Assembly: GCA_963765575.1 (NCBI GenBank)
Contig: CAVXWZ010000011.1
Span: 192,001 to 256,000 of the forward strand
DNA length: 64,000 bases
Direction: 5' to 3'
DNA from: an uncultured cyanobacterium
Lineage (GTDB): Bacteria; Cyanobacteriota; Cyanobacteriia; PCC-6307; Cyanobiaceae
This document shows positions 11,732 through 23,029 of the stretch, piece after piece. The notes beneath the pieces are model-generated. The model was not told where the DNA came from and did no database searches. It was given only the letters and a program-made list of their open reading frames with translations. The stretch's first letter is position 1, and each line of letters starts with the position of its first letter. Position numbers and translations under genes: made by a program.

Positions 11732-11902
11732 ATGGCCAAAACCCTCACTCTCAAGAACCTGCCCGTCAGCGGTTTCGGGATGCTCAAGAGCAAGCGCTCG
11801 CCCGTGTCCGTGGACTTCGATGCCGCCAGCCTCGAAGCGCGCCACGAACAGTCACGCGGCCTAAAGTTGTCCTCGTCGCAACCCGATGCGAGGGCGTGTT
11901 GA
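11732..11902 (+). pseudogene. chimeric antitoxin remnant (FitA/RHH-like N-terminus plus AbrB-like C-terminus)
   Basis: MAKTLTLKNLP followed abruptly by SGFGMLKSKRSPVSVDFDAASL. Confidence 0.5.
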
Positions 11903-12135
11903 TGGCTGTGGACCTTCCCCTCGCTCAGATGAGCCTGGAAGACAAGCTCCAGGCCATGGAAATGCTTTGGGCAGAACTCTCCAAGTCGCCCCGTGAGTTC
12001 GTTGCTCCGCCCTGGCACAGCGAAGTGCTGCAGCGGCGCCGCGATCAGGTTGATCAGGGCACCGCCAGCTTCCAGGATTGGGAGAGCGCGATCGGAGAGC
12101 TGAGGGCCGAGTTGCGTGATCATCAGGCTCCTTGA
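11902..12135 (+). CDS. addiction module antitoxin (TIGR02574-like)
   Basis: MSLEDKLQAMEMLW..PPWHSEVLQRR..FQDWE. Confidence 0.88.
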   Translation: MAVDLPLAQMSLEDKLQAMEMLWAELSKSPREFVAPPWHSEVLQRRRDQVDQGTASFQDWESAIGELRAELRDHQAP

Positions 12136-12423
12136 CTCGGCCAAGGACGATCTGCGCTACGGCTGGTTGTTTTACGAGCGCCAGAGTCCAGGGCTCGGCA
12201 ACCGCTTCCTGGATGCCATCGAGGCCGATGTGCGGGCGTTGAAGGTCTATTCAGGAATCCACATCAAAGGGATGGCTTCCATCGGATGCTGATCAGGAGA
12301 TTCGCCTTTGCGCTCTATTACCTGAAAGACGAAAGCACCGTCGATATCGACGCTGTCCTGGATTGCCGGCGCGATCCACGTTGGATCCGAACCCGCCTCG
12401 ATTCAGTGCCACCCACGACCTAG
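12116..12423 (+). pseudogene. RelE/ParE family toxin, frameshift at about 12269
   Basis: VIIRLLDSAKDDL..FYERQSPGLGNRF..GIHIK / DGFHRMLIRRFAFALYY..AVLDCRRDP; overlaps the antitoxin end. Confidence 0.85.
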
Positions 12424-12510
12424 CCCTCCAGATCCACCACGGCCTTGAGTGTCAGGAGCAGGATACGGCTGTCTACCGTGTGGGCGAGTGGCCAGGCCTG
12501 GAGTTCCCCG

Positions 12511-12762
12511 ATGACGGTCGATGAGCGCCTGGATCTCAATCTCAGTGCGGCAGACAAGCAGCTGTTGGCGCAGGCGGCGGCCATCGAGGGCGTGAGCATG
12601 GCCGCCTGGCGCGCCGCAGAAGCCATTCAGCTCGATCGGCAACTCTCTCTGTCTCGCACAGATTTCACGCCCTTTCAGGCCGCCATCGGCGCACCCTTCG
12701 CAGCCAATCCCGCCCTCCAGGACGCGATCGAGCAGGCCTGCACTCGCGTGAGACGTGGTTGA
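12511..12762 (+). CDS. DUF1778 (TacA-like) antitoxin, probably with an internal deletion
   Basis: ERLDL.LSAADKQLLAQAAAIEGVSMAA..LSLSRTDF..F..NPALQ. Confidence 0.75.
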   Translation: MTVDERLDLNLSAADKQLLAQAAAIEGVSMAAWRAAEAIQLDRQLSLSRTDFTPFQAAIGAPFAANPALQDAIEQACTRVRRG

Positions 12763-12800
12763 AGAGCCGCAACTCGATCCCACCTGGCACAACCGCGGTG
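12755..12800 (+). pseudogene. 5' stub of a GNAT (TacT-like) toxin
   Basis: GTG overlapping the DUF1778 end reads VVEEPQLDPTWHNRG, then similarity ends before the tRNA. Confidence 0.5.
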
Positions 12801-12840
12801 AGCGCGCAGGCCCGGCTTCGGCTGTCGACGGAACAGGTGA

Positions 12841-12913
12841 TGGAGAATAGGGGACTCGAACCCCTGACCTCTGCGGTGCGATCGCAGCGCTCTACCAGCT
12901 GAGCTAATTCCCC
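12841..12913 (-). tRNA. tRNA-Ala(CGC)
   Basis: GGGGAATTAGCTCAGCTGGTAGAGCG; anticodon arm CTGCG-ATCGCAC-CGCAG; GTTCGAGTC. Confidence 0.96.
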
Positions 12914-12957
12914 GCTGCTGCCCATTATTCCCCCTGGAGCTTCCCGCCGGCCGCCCG

Positions 12958-13167
12958 ATGACCGCCTCGATCACCCCCCAGCAGCTGGAGACCTTCGATG
13001 AGGCCGGCGTCGCCGAGCTCGCCCGCCGCCTCGAGGACGACGACTACCCCACCCCCTTCGATGGCCTCTCCGACTGGCATCTGATGCGGGCCCTGGCGAT
13101 CCACCGCCCCGACCTCGCCCGCCCCTACGTGCACCTGGTGGATCAGGAACCCTTTGATGAGGACTGA
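12958..13167 (+). CDS. DUF2555 family protein
   Basis: LARRLEDDDYPTPFDGLSDWHLMRA..DQEPFDED. Confidence 0.85.
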   Translation: MTASITPQQLETFDEAGVAELARRLEDDDYPTPFDGLSDWHLMRALAIHRPDLARPYVHLVDQEPFDED

Positions 13168-13187
13168 GCCTTGACGAGGACTGACCC

Positions 13188-14478
13188 GTGAGCGACGGGC
13201 CCCTCGCCGGGCGGCGGGTGCTGGTGGGCATCAGCGGCAGCATCGCCGCCGTGAAGCTGCCCGCCCTGGTGAGTGCCCTGGTGCAGCGCGGCGCCCAGGT
13301 GCGCTGCCTGCTCACCCCCAGCGCCGAGCGGCTGGTGAGCGCCCAGGCCCTGGCGGCCCTCAGCCGCCAGCCCTGCCACCTCGATGCCGACCAGTGGAGC
13401 CACCACGCCCCCCGGCCCCTGCACGTGGAGCTGGCCGAGTGGGCCGAGCTGGTGCTGGTGGCCCCCCTCAGCGCCACCAGCCTGGGGCGCTGGGTCCATG
13501 GCCTCGGCGACTCGCTGCTGGCCAGCACCCTGCTGGCCTGTGAGGCGCCGGTGCTGGTGGCCCCCGCCATGAACACGGCCATGTGGGCCTCGCCCGGGGT
13601 GCGTGCCAACTGGCGGCAGCTGCAGGCCTGGCCGCGGGTGCTGCCGCTGGCCCCGGCCGCCGGGCTGCTGGCCTGCGACCGGCGCGGCGATGGCCGCATG
13701 GCCGATCCCGAGCTGCTGCTGCTGGCCCTCGAATCCCTCGCCCTCTGGGGCTGGCGGCGCGACTGGCAGGGGCGCACCCTGCTGGTGAGCGCCGGCCCCA
13801 CCCGCGAGGCCCTCGATCCGGCCCGCTGCCTCACCAACCCCAGCACCGGCCGCATGGGCGTGCTGCTGGCCCAGGCCGCCCGCCTGCGCGGCGCCGCCGT
13901 GGAGCTGGTGCACGGCCCCCTGCAGCTGCCGCCGGCCTGGCTGGAGGGGCTCAGCTGCCGGCCCGTCACCAGCGCCGCCGAGCTGGAGGCGGCCCTGCTC
14001 GAGGGCCAGCCCCGCGCCGATGCCATCGCCATGGCCGCGGCCGTGGCCGATCACCGCCGCGCTGCCCCCCTGCCCCACAAGCTCGCCAAGGCGGAGCTGG
14101 AGGCGGCGCTGGCCGCTGGCTGGGAGCCCGTGCCCGACATCCTGGCGGCCCTGGTGCGGCGCCGCCCCGCGGGCCAGGTGATCCTCGGCTTCGCTGCCCA
14201 CAGCGGCGACGTGCTGCCCCAGGCCCGCGCCAAGTGGCAGCGCAAGGGCTGCGATCTGCTCTTCGCCAACCCCATCGATCAGCCCGCTGCCGGTTTCGCC
14301 AGCCCCAGCAACCGCGGCTGGCTGCTGGGGCCCGAAGCCACAACAGGTGCTGGAGCTCGGGCCGGCCTCCAAGCTGGAGCTGGCCCACCGCCTGCTCAGC
14401 GCCCTGGGCCAGCGGCTCAGGCCGCCAGCGGACCCTGCGGCTCCTGCTCGAGCGACTCGCGCTGCAGCAGATCCATGA
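13188..14478 (+). CDS. coaBC: phosphopantothenoylcysteine decarboxylase/ligase, frameshift at about 14340
   Basis: GISGSIAAVK, PAMNTAMW, SAGPTREALDPAR, NPSTGRMG and AAVAD motifs; the expected SKLELAHRLL tail is in another frame ending at 14478. Confidence 0.93.
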
Positions 14479-14740
14479 ACGTGCGCAGCTGCAGGCGCGG
14501 GATGTAGGGCCAGCCGCCACTGCGCTCCATCTCATGCAGCAGACCGAAGAGATGGCTGCGGTCGGCCGGCAGGCTGCTGCGGAAGGGGCCGTCCTGGATC
14601 CGCCGGTGCAGCTGCTCCAGCTGGCGCAGCAGGTCGAGCAGGGCCTCAGGATCGCCGTTGAGCTCGGTGGCCAGGGCTTCGAGCTGCTCCAGCACAGCGG
14701 CCTGGCGCTGCTGCCCGTCGCCCTCCGATCGCGATCGCAT
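14417..14740 (-). CDS. conserved cyanobacterial hypothetical protein
   Basis: LLRQLEQLHRRIQDGPFR..MERSGGWPYIPRLQLR. Confidence 0.8.
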   Translation of the reverse strand: MRSRSEGDGQQRQAAVLEQLEALATELNGDPEALLDLLRQLEQLHRRIQDGPFRSSLPADRSHLFGLLHEMERSGGWPYIPRLQLRTFMDLLQRESLEQEPQGPLAA

Positions 14741-14841
14741 ACAGGTTGTTGAGAGCCACGACATCGTAGGCGGCGTGGGGGTTAAGCACCGGTAGGATCC
14801 GCCCCAGCCCAGTCTCCATGCCCCCTCTGCGGCGTTCTCCC

Positions 14842-15663
14842 ATGCGCTTTCGTCCCCTGCTGGCCCTCGTGCTGGCGCTGTGCCTCACCCTGGTGACCGC
14901 CTGCAGCGGAGGGGCGAAGGCGGTGGACCGCGACCAGCTCACCTACGAAGACATCCACAACACCGGCCTCGCCAACGACTGCCCCACCCTGCCCGAATCG
15001 GCCCGGGGCTCGATTGCCCTCGATCCAGGCACCAGCTACCAGCTGCGTGACATCTGCCTGCATCCCGCCGAGGTGGCGGTGAAGGTCGAGCCGTCCAACA
15101 AGCGCCAGGAGGCCCGCTTCGTGCTGGGCAAGATCCTCACCCGTTTCACCACCAGCCTTGATCAGGTCTATGGCGACCTCACCGTGACCGGTGACAGCCT
15201 CAGCTTCAAGGAGCAGGGCGGCCTCGACTTCCAGATCATCACCGTGCTGCTGCCCGGCGGTGAGGAGGTGCCCTTCGTGTTCTCCAGCAAGAAGCTCGAG
15301 GCCAGTGCCGATGGCGCCGCCATCAGCACCAGCACCGACTTCAAGGGCACCTACCGGGTGCCCAGCTACCGCACCTCCAACTTCCTCGATCCCAAGTCCC
15401 GCGGTCTCACCACCGGCGTTGAGTACGCCCAGGGTCTGGTGGGCCTCGGCGCTGACAACGAGGAGATCGCCCGCGAGAACATCAAGCGCTACGTCGATGG
15501 CACCGGCTCGATGGAGCTCGCCATCAGCCGCGTCGATCCCGACACCGGTGAGTTCGCCGGTGTGTTCACCGCCGTCCAGCCCTCCGACAACGACATGGGC
15601 TCCAAGGATCCCCTCGACGTGAAGATCACCGGCGAGGTCTACGGCCGCCTGGAGCAGGACTGA
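14842..15663 (+). CDS. psbO: photosystem II manganese-stabilising protein
   Basis: Signal peptide, TGLANDCP, GGEEVPF, SNFLDPKSRG and QPSDNDMG. Confidence 0.97.
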   Translation: MRFRPLLALVLALCLTLVTACSGGAKAVDRDQLTYEDIHNTGLANDCPTLPESARGSIALDPGTSYQLRDICLHPAEVAVKVEPSNKRQEARFVLGKILTRFTTSLDQVYGDLTVTGDSLSFKEQGGLDFQIITVLLPGGEEVPFVFSSKKLEASADGAAISTSTDFKGTYRVPSYRTSNFLDPKSRGLTTGVEYAQGLVGLGADNEEIARENIKRYVDGTGSMELAISRVDPDTGEFAGVFTAVQPSDNDMGSKDPLDVKITGEVYGRLEQD

Positions 15664-15711
15664 GCTTCGGTCTGGGAGAATCGATGCCGATCTCCCAGTC
15701 GCCGCGCCGCC

Positions 15712-16899
15712 TTGACCGCCACCTCCAGCACCGGGTCCACGCTTGAGACCGCCAGCACCGCCCTGATCCCCCCCCACGGCGGCAGCCTCGTCGACCTCAT
15801 GGTCAGTGAGGACGAACGCCAGGCGGTGCGGGGCAGTGCCGGCCGGCGGCTGGAATGCAGCCACCGCAACGCCTGCGACGTGGAACTGCTGGTGGTGGGT
15901 GGCTTCTCGCCCCTGCGCGGCTTCATGCACCAGGAGGACTACGACGCCGTCGTCGCCGGCCACCGCACCAGCAGCGGCCTGCTGTTCGGTCTGCCGATCG
16001 TCTTCGACACCAACGACGACACCATCGCCGTGGGCGACCGGCTGCTGCTCACCTACCGGGGCCAGGAGCTGGCCGTGCTCACGGTGGAGAGCCGCTGGGA
16101 GCCCGACAAGGCCGTCGAGGCCAAGGGCTGCTACGGCACCACCTCAATTGAGCACCCCGCCGTGCGCATGATCAGCGGCGAGCGGGGCCGCTTCTACCTC
16201 GGCGGCAGCGTCCAGGGGCTGTCCCTGCCGCAGCGGGTGTTCCCCTGCAAGACCCCGGCCGAGGTGCGCTCCACCCTGCCGGCCGGCGAGAGCGTGGTGG
16301 CCTTCCAGTGCCGCAACCCCATCCACCGCGCCCACTACGAGCTGTTCACCCGCGCCCTGCACGCCGACAACGTCAGCCAGGGCGGCGCCGTGCTCGTGCA
16401 CCCCACCTGCGGCCCCACCCAGGAAGACGACATCCCCGGCGAGGTGCGCTTCGCGACCTACGAACGGCTGGCCGAGGAAGTGGCCAACCCCCGCATCCGC
16501 TGGGCCTACCTGCCCTACGCCATGCACATGGCCGGGCCGCGGGAGGCGCTGCAGCACATGATCATCCGCAAGAACTACGGCTGCACCCACTTCATCATTG
16601 GCCGCGACATGGCCGGCTGCAAGAGCTCCCTCAGCGGTGACGACTTCTACGGCCCCTACGACGCCCAGGATTTCGCCCGCGACCACGCCAGCGAGCTGGG
16701 CATGGAAACCGTGCCCTCGCTCAACCTCGTGTACACCGAGGAGGAGGGCTACGTCACCGCCGACCATGCCCAGGCCCGGGGGCTGCACGTGCGCAAGCTC
16801 AGCGGCACCCAGTTTCGCCAGATGCTGCGCGGCGGCGAGGAGATCCCCGAATGGTTCGCCTTCCGTAGTGTGGTGGAGGTGCTGCGCTCGGCCGGCTGA
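15712..16899 (+). CDS. sat: sulfate adenylyltransferase
   Basis: FQCRNPIHRAH, AGPREA and HFIIGRDMAG motifs. Confidence 0.97.
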   Translation: MTATSSTGSTLETASTALIPPHGGSLVDLMVSEDERQAVRGSAGRRLECSHRNACDVELLVVGGFSPLRGFMHQEDYDAVVAGHRTSSGLLFGLPIVFDTNDDTIAVGDRLLLTYRGQELAVLTVESRWEPDKAVEAKGCYGTTSIEHPAVRMISGERGRFYLGGSVQGLSLPQRVFPCKTPAEVRSTLPAGESVVAFQCRNPIHRAHYELFTRALHADNVSQGGAVLVHPTCGPTQEDDIPGEVRFATYERLAEEVANPRIRWAYLPYAMHMAGPREALQHMIIRKNYGCTHFIIGRDMAGCKSSLSGDDFYGPYDAQDFARDHASELGMETVPSLNLVYTEEEGYVTADHAQARGLHVRKLSGTQFRQMLRGGEEIPEWFAFRSVVEVLRSAG

Positions 16900-16923
16900 G
16901 CCCACCGGGCCCCAGTCCCGCAG

Positions 16924-16941
16924 TTAACGTTCCTTTACCTT
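16924..16941 (+). promoter_or_regulatory. HLR1-like (RpaB) direct repeat upstream of ftsH
   Basis: TTAACGTT-CC-TTTACCTT versus consensus KTTACAWW-N2-KTTACAWW. Confidence 0.4.
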
Positions 16942-16963
16942 CATTCTCAGCTGAGGAGAGTCC

Positions 16964-18782
<1,819 letters not shown>

Positions 18783-18808
<26 letters not shown>

Positions 18809-19409
18809 GCACGATCTGATCCGATCCCTGCACCACCAGCCCCTGCTGGTGGTGCTTCGGGCTGAACAACCGCAAGACCTGCACAGCCAGCTGGAACGCC
18901 TCGATCGCTTCGGCGTGCTCCAGGTGGAGCTGGCCTGGAGCAGCCATCCGCACTGGAGCGCCCAGGCCGCCGAGCTGGTGCGGCTCTTTTCCCGCCTGCA
19001 GCTGGGTGCCGCCTCGGTGTGCACCCTCCAGGCCCTGGAGGCGGTGTGCACGGCGGGTCTGGCCTATGCCGTCTCGCCGGTGCTGGATGAGCCGTTGCTC
19101 CAGGCGGCCCGTGCCAGGGGGCTGCTGCTGGTGCCGGGGGTGTTCAGCCCCAGCGAGGTGCACCGGGCCCGCCAGCTGGGCTGCCCGCTGGTGAAGCTGT
19201 TCCCGGCTGCCGCCCTGGGCATCGACTTCTGGCCGCGCTTGCGCGCTCCCCTGGGACCCCTGCCCGCCTGCATCGCGGCCGGCGGCCTTGCGGTGGAGGA
19301 TGTGGAGCCCTGGCTGGCGGCGGGCGTCGATGCCGTGGCGCTGGGCGGACGGCTGGATTCGCCCGCGGCCTGGCAGGAGCTGGAGCGCCTGCTCGCTCGG
19401 CTGGGCTGA
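18783..19409 (+). CDS. eda: KDPG/KHG aldolase
   Basis: [25 protein letters not shown] and AAGG motifs. Confidence 0.85.
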
Positions 19410-19428
19410 TCACGCCCTGTCCCCAACC

Positions 19429-20521
19429 TCACCAGAGGCTGCACTGCCCCTGCTGGCGCAGCAGGTGATCGGCCAGCACCAGGGCCACCATCGCCTCCAC
19501 CATCGGCACCGCCCGCGGCAGCACGCAGGGGTCGTGGCGGCCCTTGGCGGCCAGGGTGGTGGCGGCGCCGCTGGCATCGATCGTCTGCTGCTGCTTGCGG
19601 ATCGTGGCGGTGGGTTTGAAGGCCACCCGGATCACGATCATCTCGCCGTTGCTGATGCCCCCCTGGATGCCGCCTGAATTGTTGGTGGCGGTGTGCAGGC
19701 TGCCGTCGTCCGTGGGCAGGAAGGCGTCGTTGTGCTCGCTGCCCCTGAGCAGGGTGCCGGCGAAGCCGGAGCCGATCTCGAAGCCCTTGGTGGCCGGCAG
19801 CGACATCACCGCCTTGGCCAGGTCGGCCTCCAGCTTGTCGAACACCGGCATGCCCAGCCCCACCGGCGGCCGGCGCACCACGCACTCGATCACGCCGCCG
19901 CAGGAATCGCCCTCCCGGCCGATCGCCTCGATCCGCTCGATCATCTGCTCGGCGGCCGCGGGGTCGGGGCAGCGCACGATCGTGGCCTCCACCTCCTCGA
20001 GGCTCACGGCTGGCTGGATCGATGCCCTGGGCCTCGATGCTGTGGATGCGCTTCACCCAGGCCAGCACCTCGGTGCCGCCGGCTTTGGCCAGCAGTTGTT
20101 TGGCGATGGCGCCGGCGGCCACGCGACCGATGGTTTCCCGGGCTGAGGCGCGGCCACCGCCGCTGCGGGCCTGGATGCCGTATTTCACCTGGTAGGTGGC
20201 ATCGGCGTGGGAGGGGCGGAAGGCCACCGCCATCTCCTTGTAATCCCCGGGGCGCTGGTCCTTGTTGCGCACCACCATGGCGATGGGCGTGCCCAGGGTC
20301 TGGCCGTCCAGCAGACCGCTGAGCACCTCCACCCGGTCGTCTTCCTTGCGGGGGGTGGTGATCTTGCTCTGGCCGGGCTTGCGGCGATCCAGGTCCCGCT
20401 GGATCTGCGCCACGTCGAGCGCCAGCCGGGGCGGGCAGCCATCCACGATCACGCCCACACCACCGCCGTGGGATTCGCCGAAGCTGCTGATCCGAAAGAG
20501 CTGGCCGAAGCTGCTGCCCAT
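19429..20521 (-). CDS. aroC: chorismate synthase, frameshift at about 20008
   Basis: FGESHGG, RPSHAD and SARET in the first frame; [10 protein letters not shown] and [10 protein letters not shown] in the second. Confidence 0.95.
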
Positions 20522-20574
20522 GGCAAGAAACCGCTGCGCCGAGCGTAGGGGAGCTGCACCCGCCAGCGCCCATC

Positions 20575-20601
20575 AAAAAACCCCCCTCGCAGGGAGGGGG
20601 G
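20575..20601 (-). terminator. psbA terminator
   Basis: Stem CCCCCCTC/GAGGGGGG followed by T6 on the minus strand. Confidence 0.85.
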
Positions 20602-20651
20602 TTGGGGGATTCCGTCAGGTCTGGTGCGCTTGAAGGCTGAGCAACTCAGCT

Positions 20652-21731
20652 TCAGCCGATCGCCGGGGCGGTCAGGGCCACGGGGGTGGCTTCGGCGGCA
20701 GCCAGGTCGAGCGGGAAGTTGTGAGCGTTGCGCTCGTGCATCACTTCCATGCCCAGACCGGCACGGTTCAGCACATCGGCCCAGGTGTTCACCACGCGGC
20801 CTTGGCCATCGAGGATCGACTGGTTGAAGTTGAAACCGTTGAGGTTGAAGGCCATCGTGCTCACGCCCAGGGCGGTGAACCAGATGCCGATCACAGGCCA
20901 GGCAGCCAGGAAGAAGTGCAGGCTGCGGCTGTTGTTGAAGGAGGCGTACTGGAAGATCAGACGACCGAAGTAGCCGTGGGCCGCAACGATGTTGTAGGTC
21001 TCTTCCTCTTGGCCAAACTTGTAGCCGTAGTTCTGGCTTTCGGTTTCGGTGGTTTCACGCACCAGGCTGCTGGTCACCAGCGAACCGTGCATGGCCGAGA
21101 ACAGGGAGCCGCCGAACACACCGGCCACACCCAGCATGTGGAAGGGGTGCATCAGGATGTTGTGCTCTGCCTGGAACACCAGCATGTAGTTGAAGGTGCC
21201 GCTGATGCCGAGGGGCATGCCGTCAGAGAAGGAGCCCTGACCGAACGGGTACACCAGGAACACAGCCGAAGCAGCGGCCACGGGGGCGCTGTAGGCCACG
21301 CAGATCCAGGGGCGCATGCCGAGGCGGTAGGAGAGTTCCCACTCGCGGCCCATGTAGCAGAACACGCCGATCAGGAAGTGGAAGACCACCAGCTGATAGG
21401 GGCCGCCGTTGTAGAGCCACTCATCGAGGGAAGCGGCTTCCCAGATGGGATAGAAGTGCAGGCCGATGGCGTTGCTGGAGGGAACAACAGCACCGGAGAT
21501 GATGTTGTTGCCGTAGAGCAGGGAGCCGGCAACGGGCTCACGGATGCCGTCGATGTCGACGGGGGGAGCGGCGATGAACGCCACGATGAAGCAGATGGTC
21601 GCAGCCAGCAGGGTGGGGATCATCAGCACGCCGAACCAGCCCACGTAGAGGCGGTTGTTGGTGGAGGTGACCCAGCCACAGAACTGCTCCCAGCTGGAGG
21701 CGCCGGAGCGCTGCTGAAGAGTGGTGGTCAT
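20652..21731 (-). CDS. psbA: photosystem II D1 protein (Gln130, D1:1 type)
   Basis: [30 protein letters not shown]. Confidence 0.99.
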   Translation of the reverse strand: MTTTLQQRSGASSWEQFCGWVTSTNNRLYVGWFGVLMIPTLLAATICFIVAFIAAPPVDIDGIREPVAGSLLYGNNIISGAVVPSSNAIGLHFYPIWEAASLDEWLYNGGPYQLVVFHFLIGVFCYMGREWELSYRLGMRPWICVAYSAPVAAASAVFLVYPFGQGSFSDGMPLGISGTFNYMLVFQAEHNILMHPFHMLGVAGVFGGSLFSAMHGSLVTSSLVRETTETESQNYGYKFGQEEETYNIVAAHGYFGRLIFQYASFNNSRSLHFFLAAWPVIGIWFTALGVSTMAFNLNGFNFNQSILDGQGRVVNTWADVLNRAGLGMEVMHERNAHNFPLDLAAAEATPVALTAPAIG

Positions 21732-21848
21732 GAGAACGGGTAAAGGATGAGAACTCCGAAACAGCAGGCGAAAATGCCTGGCAGCAGCAGCGCCTGAAGG
21801 GCGCGGCCGGCTCCGGAGGGAATGGAGGACGGAATCCCGTCGCGAACC

Positions 21849-21866
21849 AACGTAACAGAACGTTGC
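21849..21866 (-). promoter_or_regulatory. psbA promoter with HLR1-like repeat overlapping a putative -10
   Basis: GCAACGTT-CT-GTTACGTT on the minus strand. Confidence 0.35.
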
Positions 21867-21904
21867 GGGTTTTGTGAAGGGGGGTTGCCCGCGGATGGCG
21901 CGAT

Positions 21905-21942
21905 CGGGCAGGGGCCCTGGGGGAGCCCCGGGCCCCTGCCCG
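21905..21942. repeat. 13-bp perfect inverted repeat
   Basis: CGGGCAGGGGCCC..GGGCCCCTGCCCG. Confidence 0.85.
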
Positions 21943-22014
21943 TTCCGATAGGACAGGCCCAGACAGGACAGGGCGGCCGCACAGCGCTCGTCCGCGCCGC
22001 CGCGAGCTGTTGCC

Positions 22015-22995
22015 TTGAGCCGTTCCGCCGTTGTCACCTGGAGCCCCAGCGTCACCCTGGTGCCCACCCGCGCCTGCTTCAACGCTTGCGGCTACTGCGG
22101 TTTCCGCCGCCCCCTCCAGCCCGCAGAGCTGGAGGGGGCGGCCCCACACGACGGCCTCAGCGCCGCCGCCGCCCGCCAGCAGCTGGCCTCGCGCCCGGCG
22201 GCCCGGGAGGTGCTGCTGCTCAGCGGCGAGCTGCCCCCCGGCTCCAGCGGACGCCCGGCCTGGTTTGCCCGTCTGCGCCGCCTCAGCGCCCTGGCCCTGG
22301 CCACAGGGCGGCTGCCCCACACCAATGCCGGTCCCCTGGCGCTGCGGGAGATGGCCTGTCTGGGCCGGCTCAATCCCTCGCTCGGCCTGATGCTGGAGGG
22401 GTTGGGTCCGGCCTACGACCGCCTCCACCGCCAGGCCCCCAGCAAGCGGCTGGAGCTGCGGCTGGCCCAGCTGGAGCAGGCGGGCCGGCTGGGGATCCCG
22501 TTCACCACCGGCCTGTTGCTGGGGGTGGGCGAAACCATGGCCCAGCGCCGCGACGCCCTCGAGCTCATCGGCCTGCTGCAGCGGCGCTGGGGGCACATCC
22601 AGGAGCTGATCCTGCAGCCCTGGCGGCCCGCTGAACCCGCGGCCACGCCGCCGCCGCCGGCACTGGTGAACACCGTGCTGGCCACCATCGCCGAGGCGCG
22701 CGCGATCCTGCCGCCGGAGGTGCATCTGCAGCTGCCCCCCAACCTCTGGCCCGCCGATCGCCTCGGCGAGGCGCTGGAGGCCGGCATCGACGACCTGGGC
22801 GGCATCGACAGCGGCGATGTGATCAACCCGGCCTACCCCCAGCCGGCCCCCGAGTCCCTGGCCCGGCGGCTGGCCCGCCAGGGCTGGCACCTGCGGCCGC
22901 GCTTGTGCGTGCACGCGGGCTGGATTCCCTGGCTGCCGTCGCCGCTGCGACGCCGGGCGGAGGCCATGGCCCAGGCTCTGGCGGCAGCTGGTTAG
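22015..22995 (+). CDS. cofG: FO synthase subunit CofG
   Basis: [31 protein letters not shown] and GIDDLGG motifs. Confidence 0.9.
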   Translation: MSRSAVVTWSPSVTLVPTRACFNACGYCGFRRPLQPAELEGAAPHDGLSAAAARQQLASRPAAREVLLLSGELPPGSSGRPAWFARLRRLSALALATGRLPHTNAGPLALREMACLGRLNPSLGLMLEGLGPAYDRLHRQAPSKRLELRLAQLEQAGRLGIPFTTGLLLGVGETMAQRRDALELIGLLQRRWGHIQELILQPWRPAEPAATPPPPALVNTVLATIAEARAILPPEVHLQLPPNLWPADRLGEALEAGIDDLGGIDSGDVINPAYPQPAPESLARRLARQGWHLRPRLCVHAGWIPWLPSPLRRRAEAMAQALAAAG

Positions 22996-23029
22996 CGTCC
23001 CGCCACACCTTGTCCTGAGCGCGAGATCC

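Larger units (their letters stand above)
10300..12840. mobile_element. degraded genomic island at the 3' end of tRNA-Ala (left boundary approximate)
   Basis: Visibly lower GC, accessory gene fragments, abuts the tRNA 3' end; no integrase or att repeat seen. Confidence 0.6.

Noticed and set aside
10300..12840. Integron cassette array, DGR, or att-flanked element
   Set aside because: No attC pattern, reverse transcriptase, integrase, or direct repeat of the tRNA-Ala 3' end found by eye
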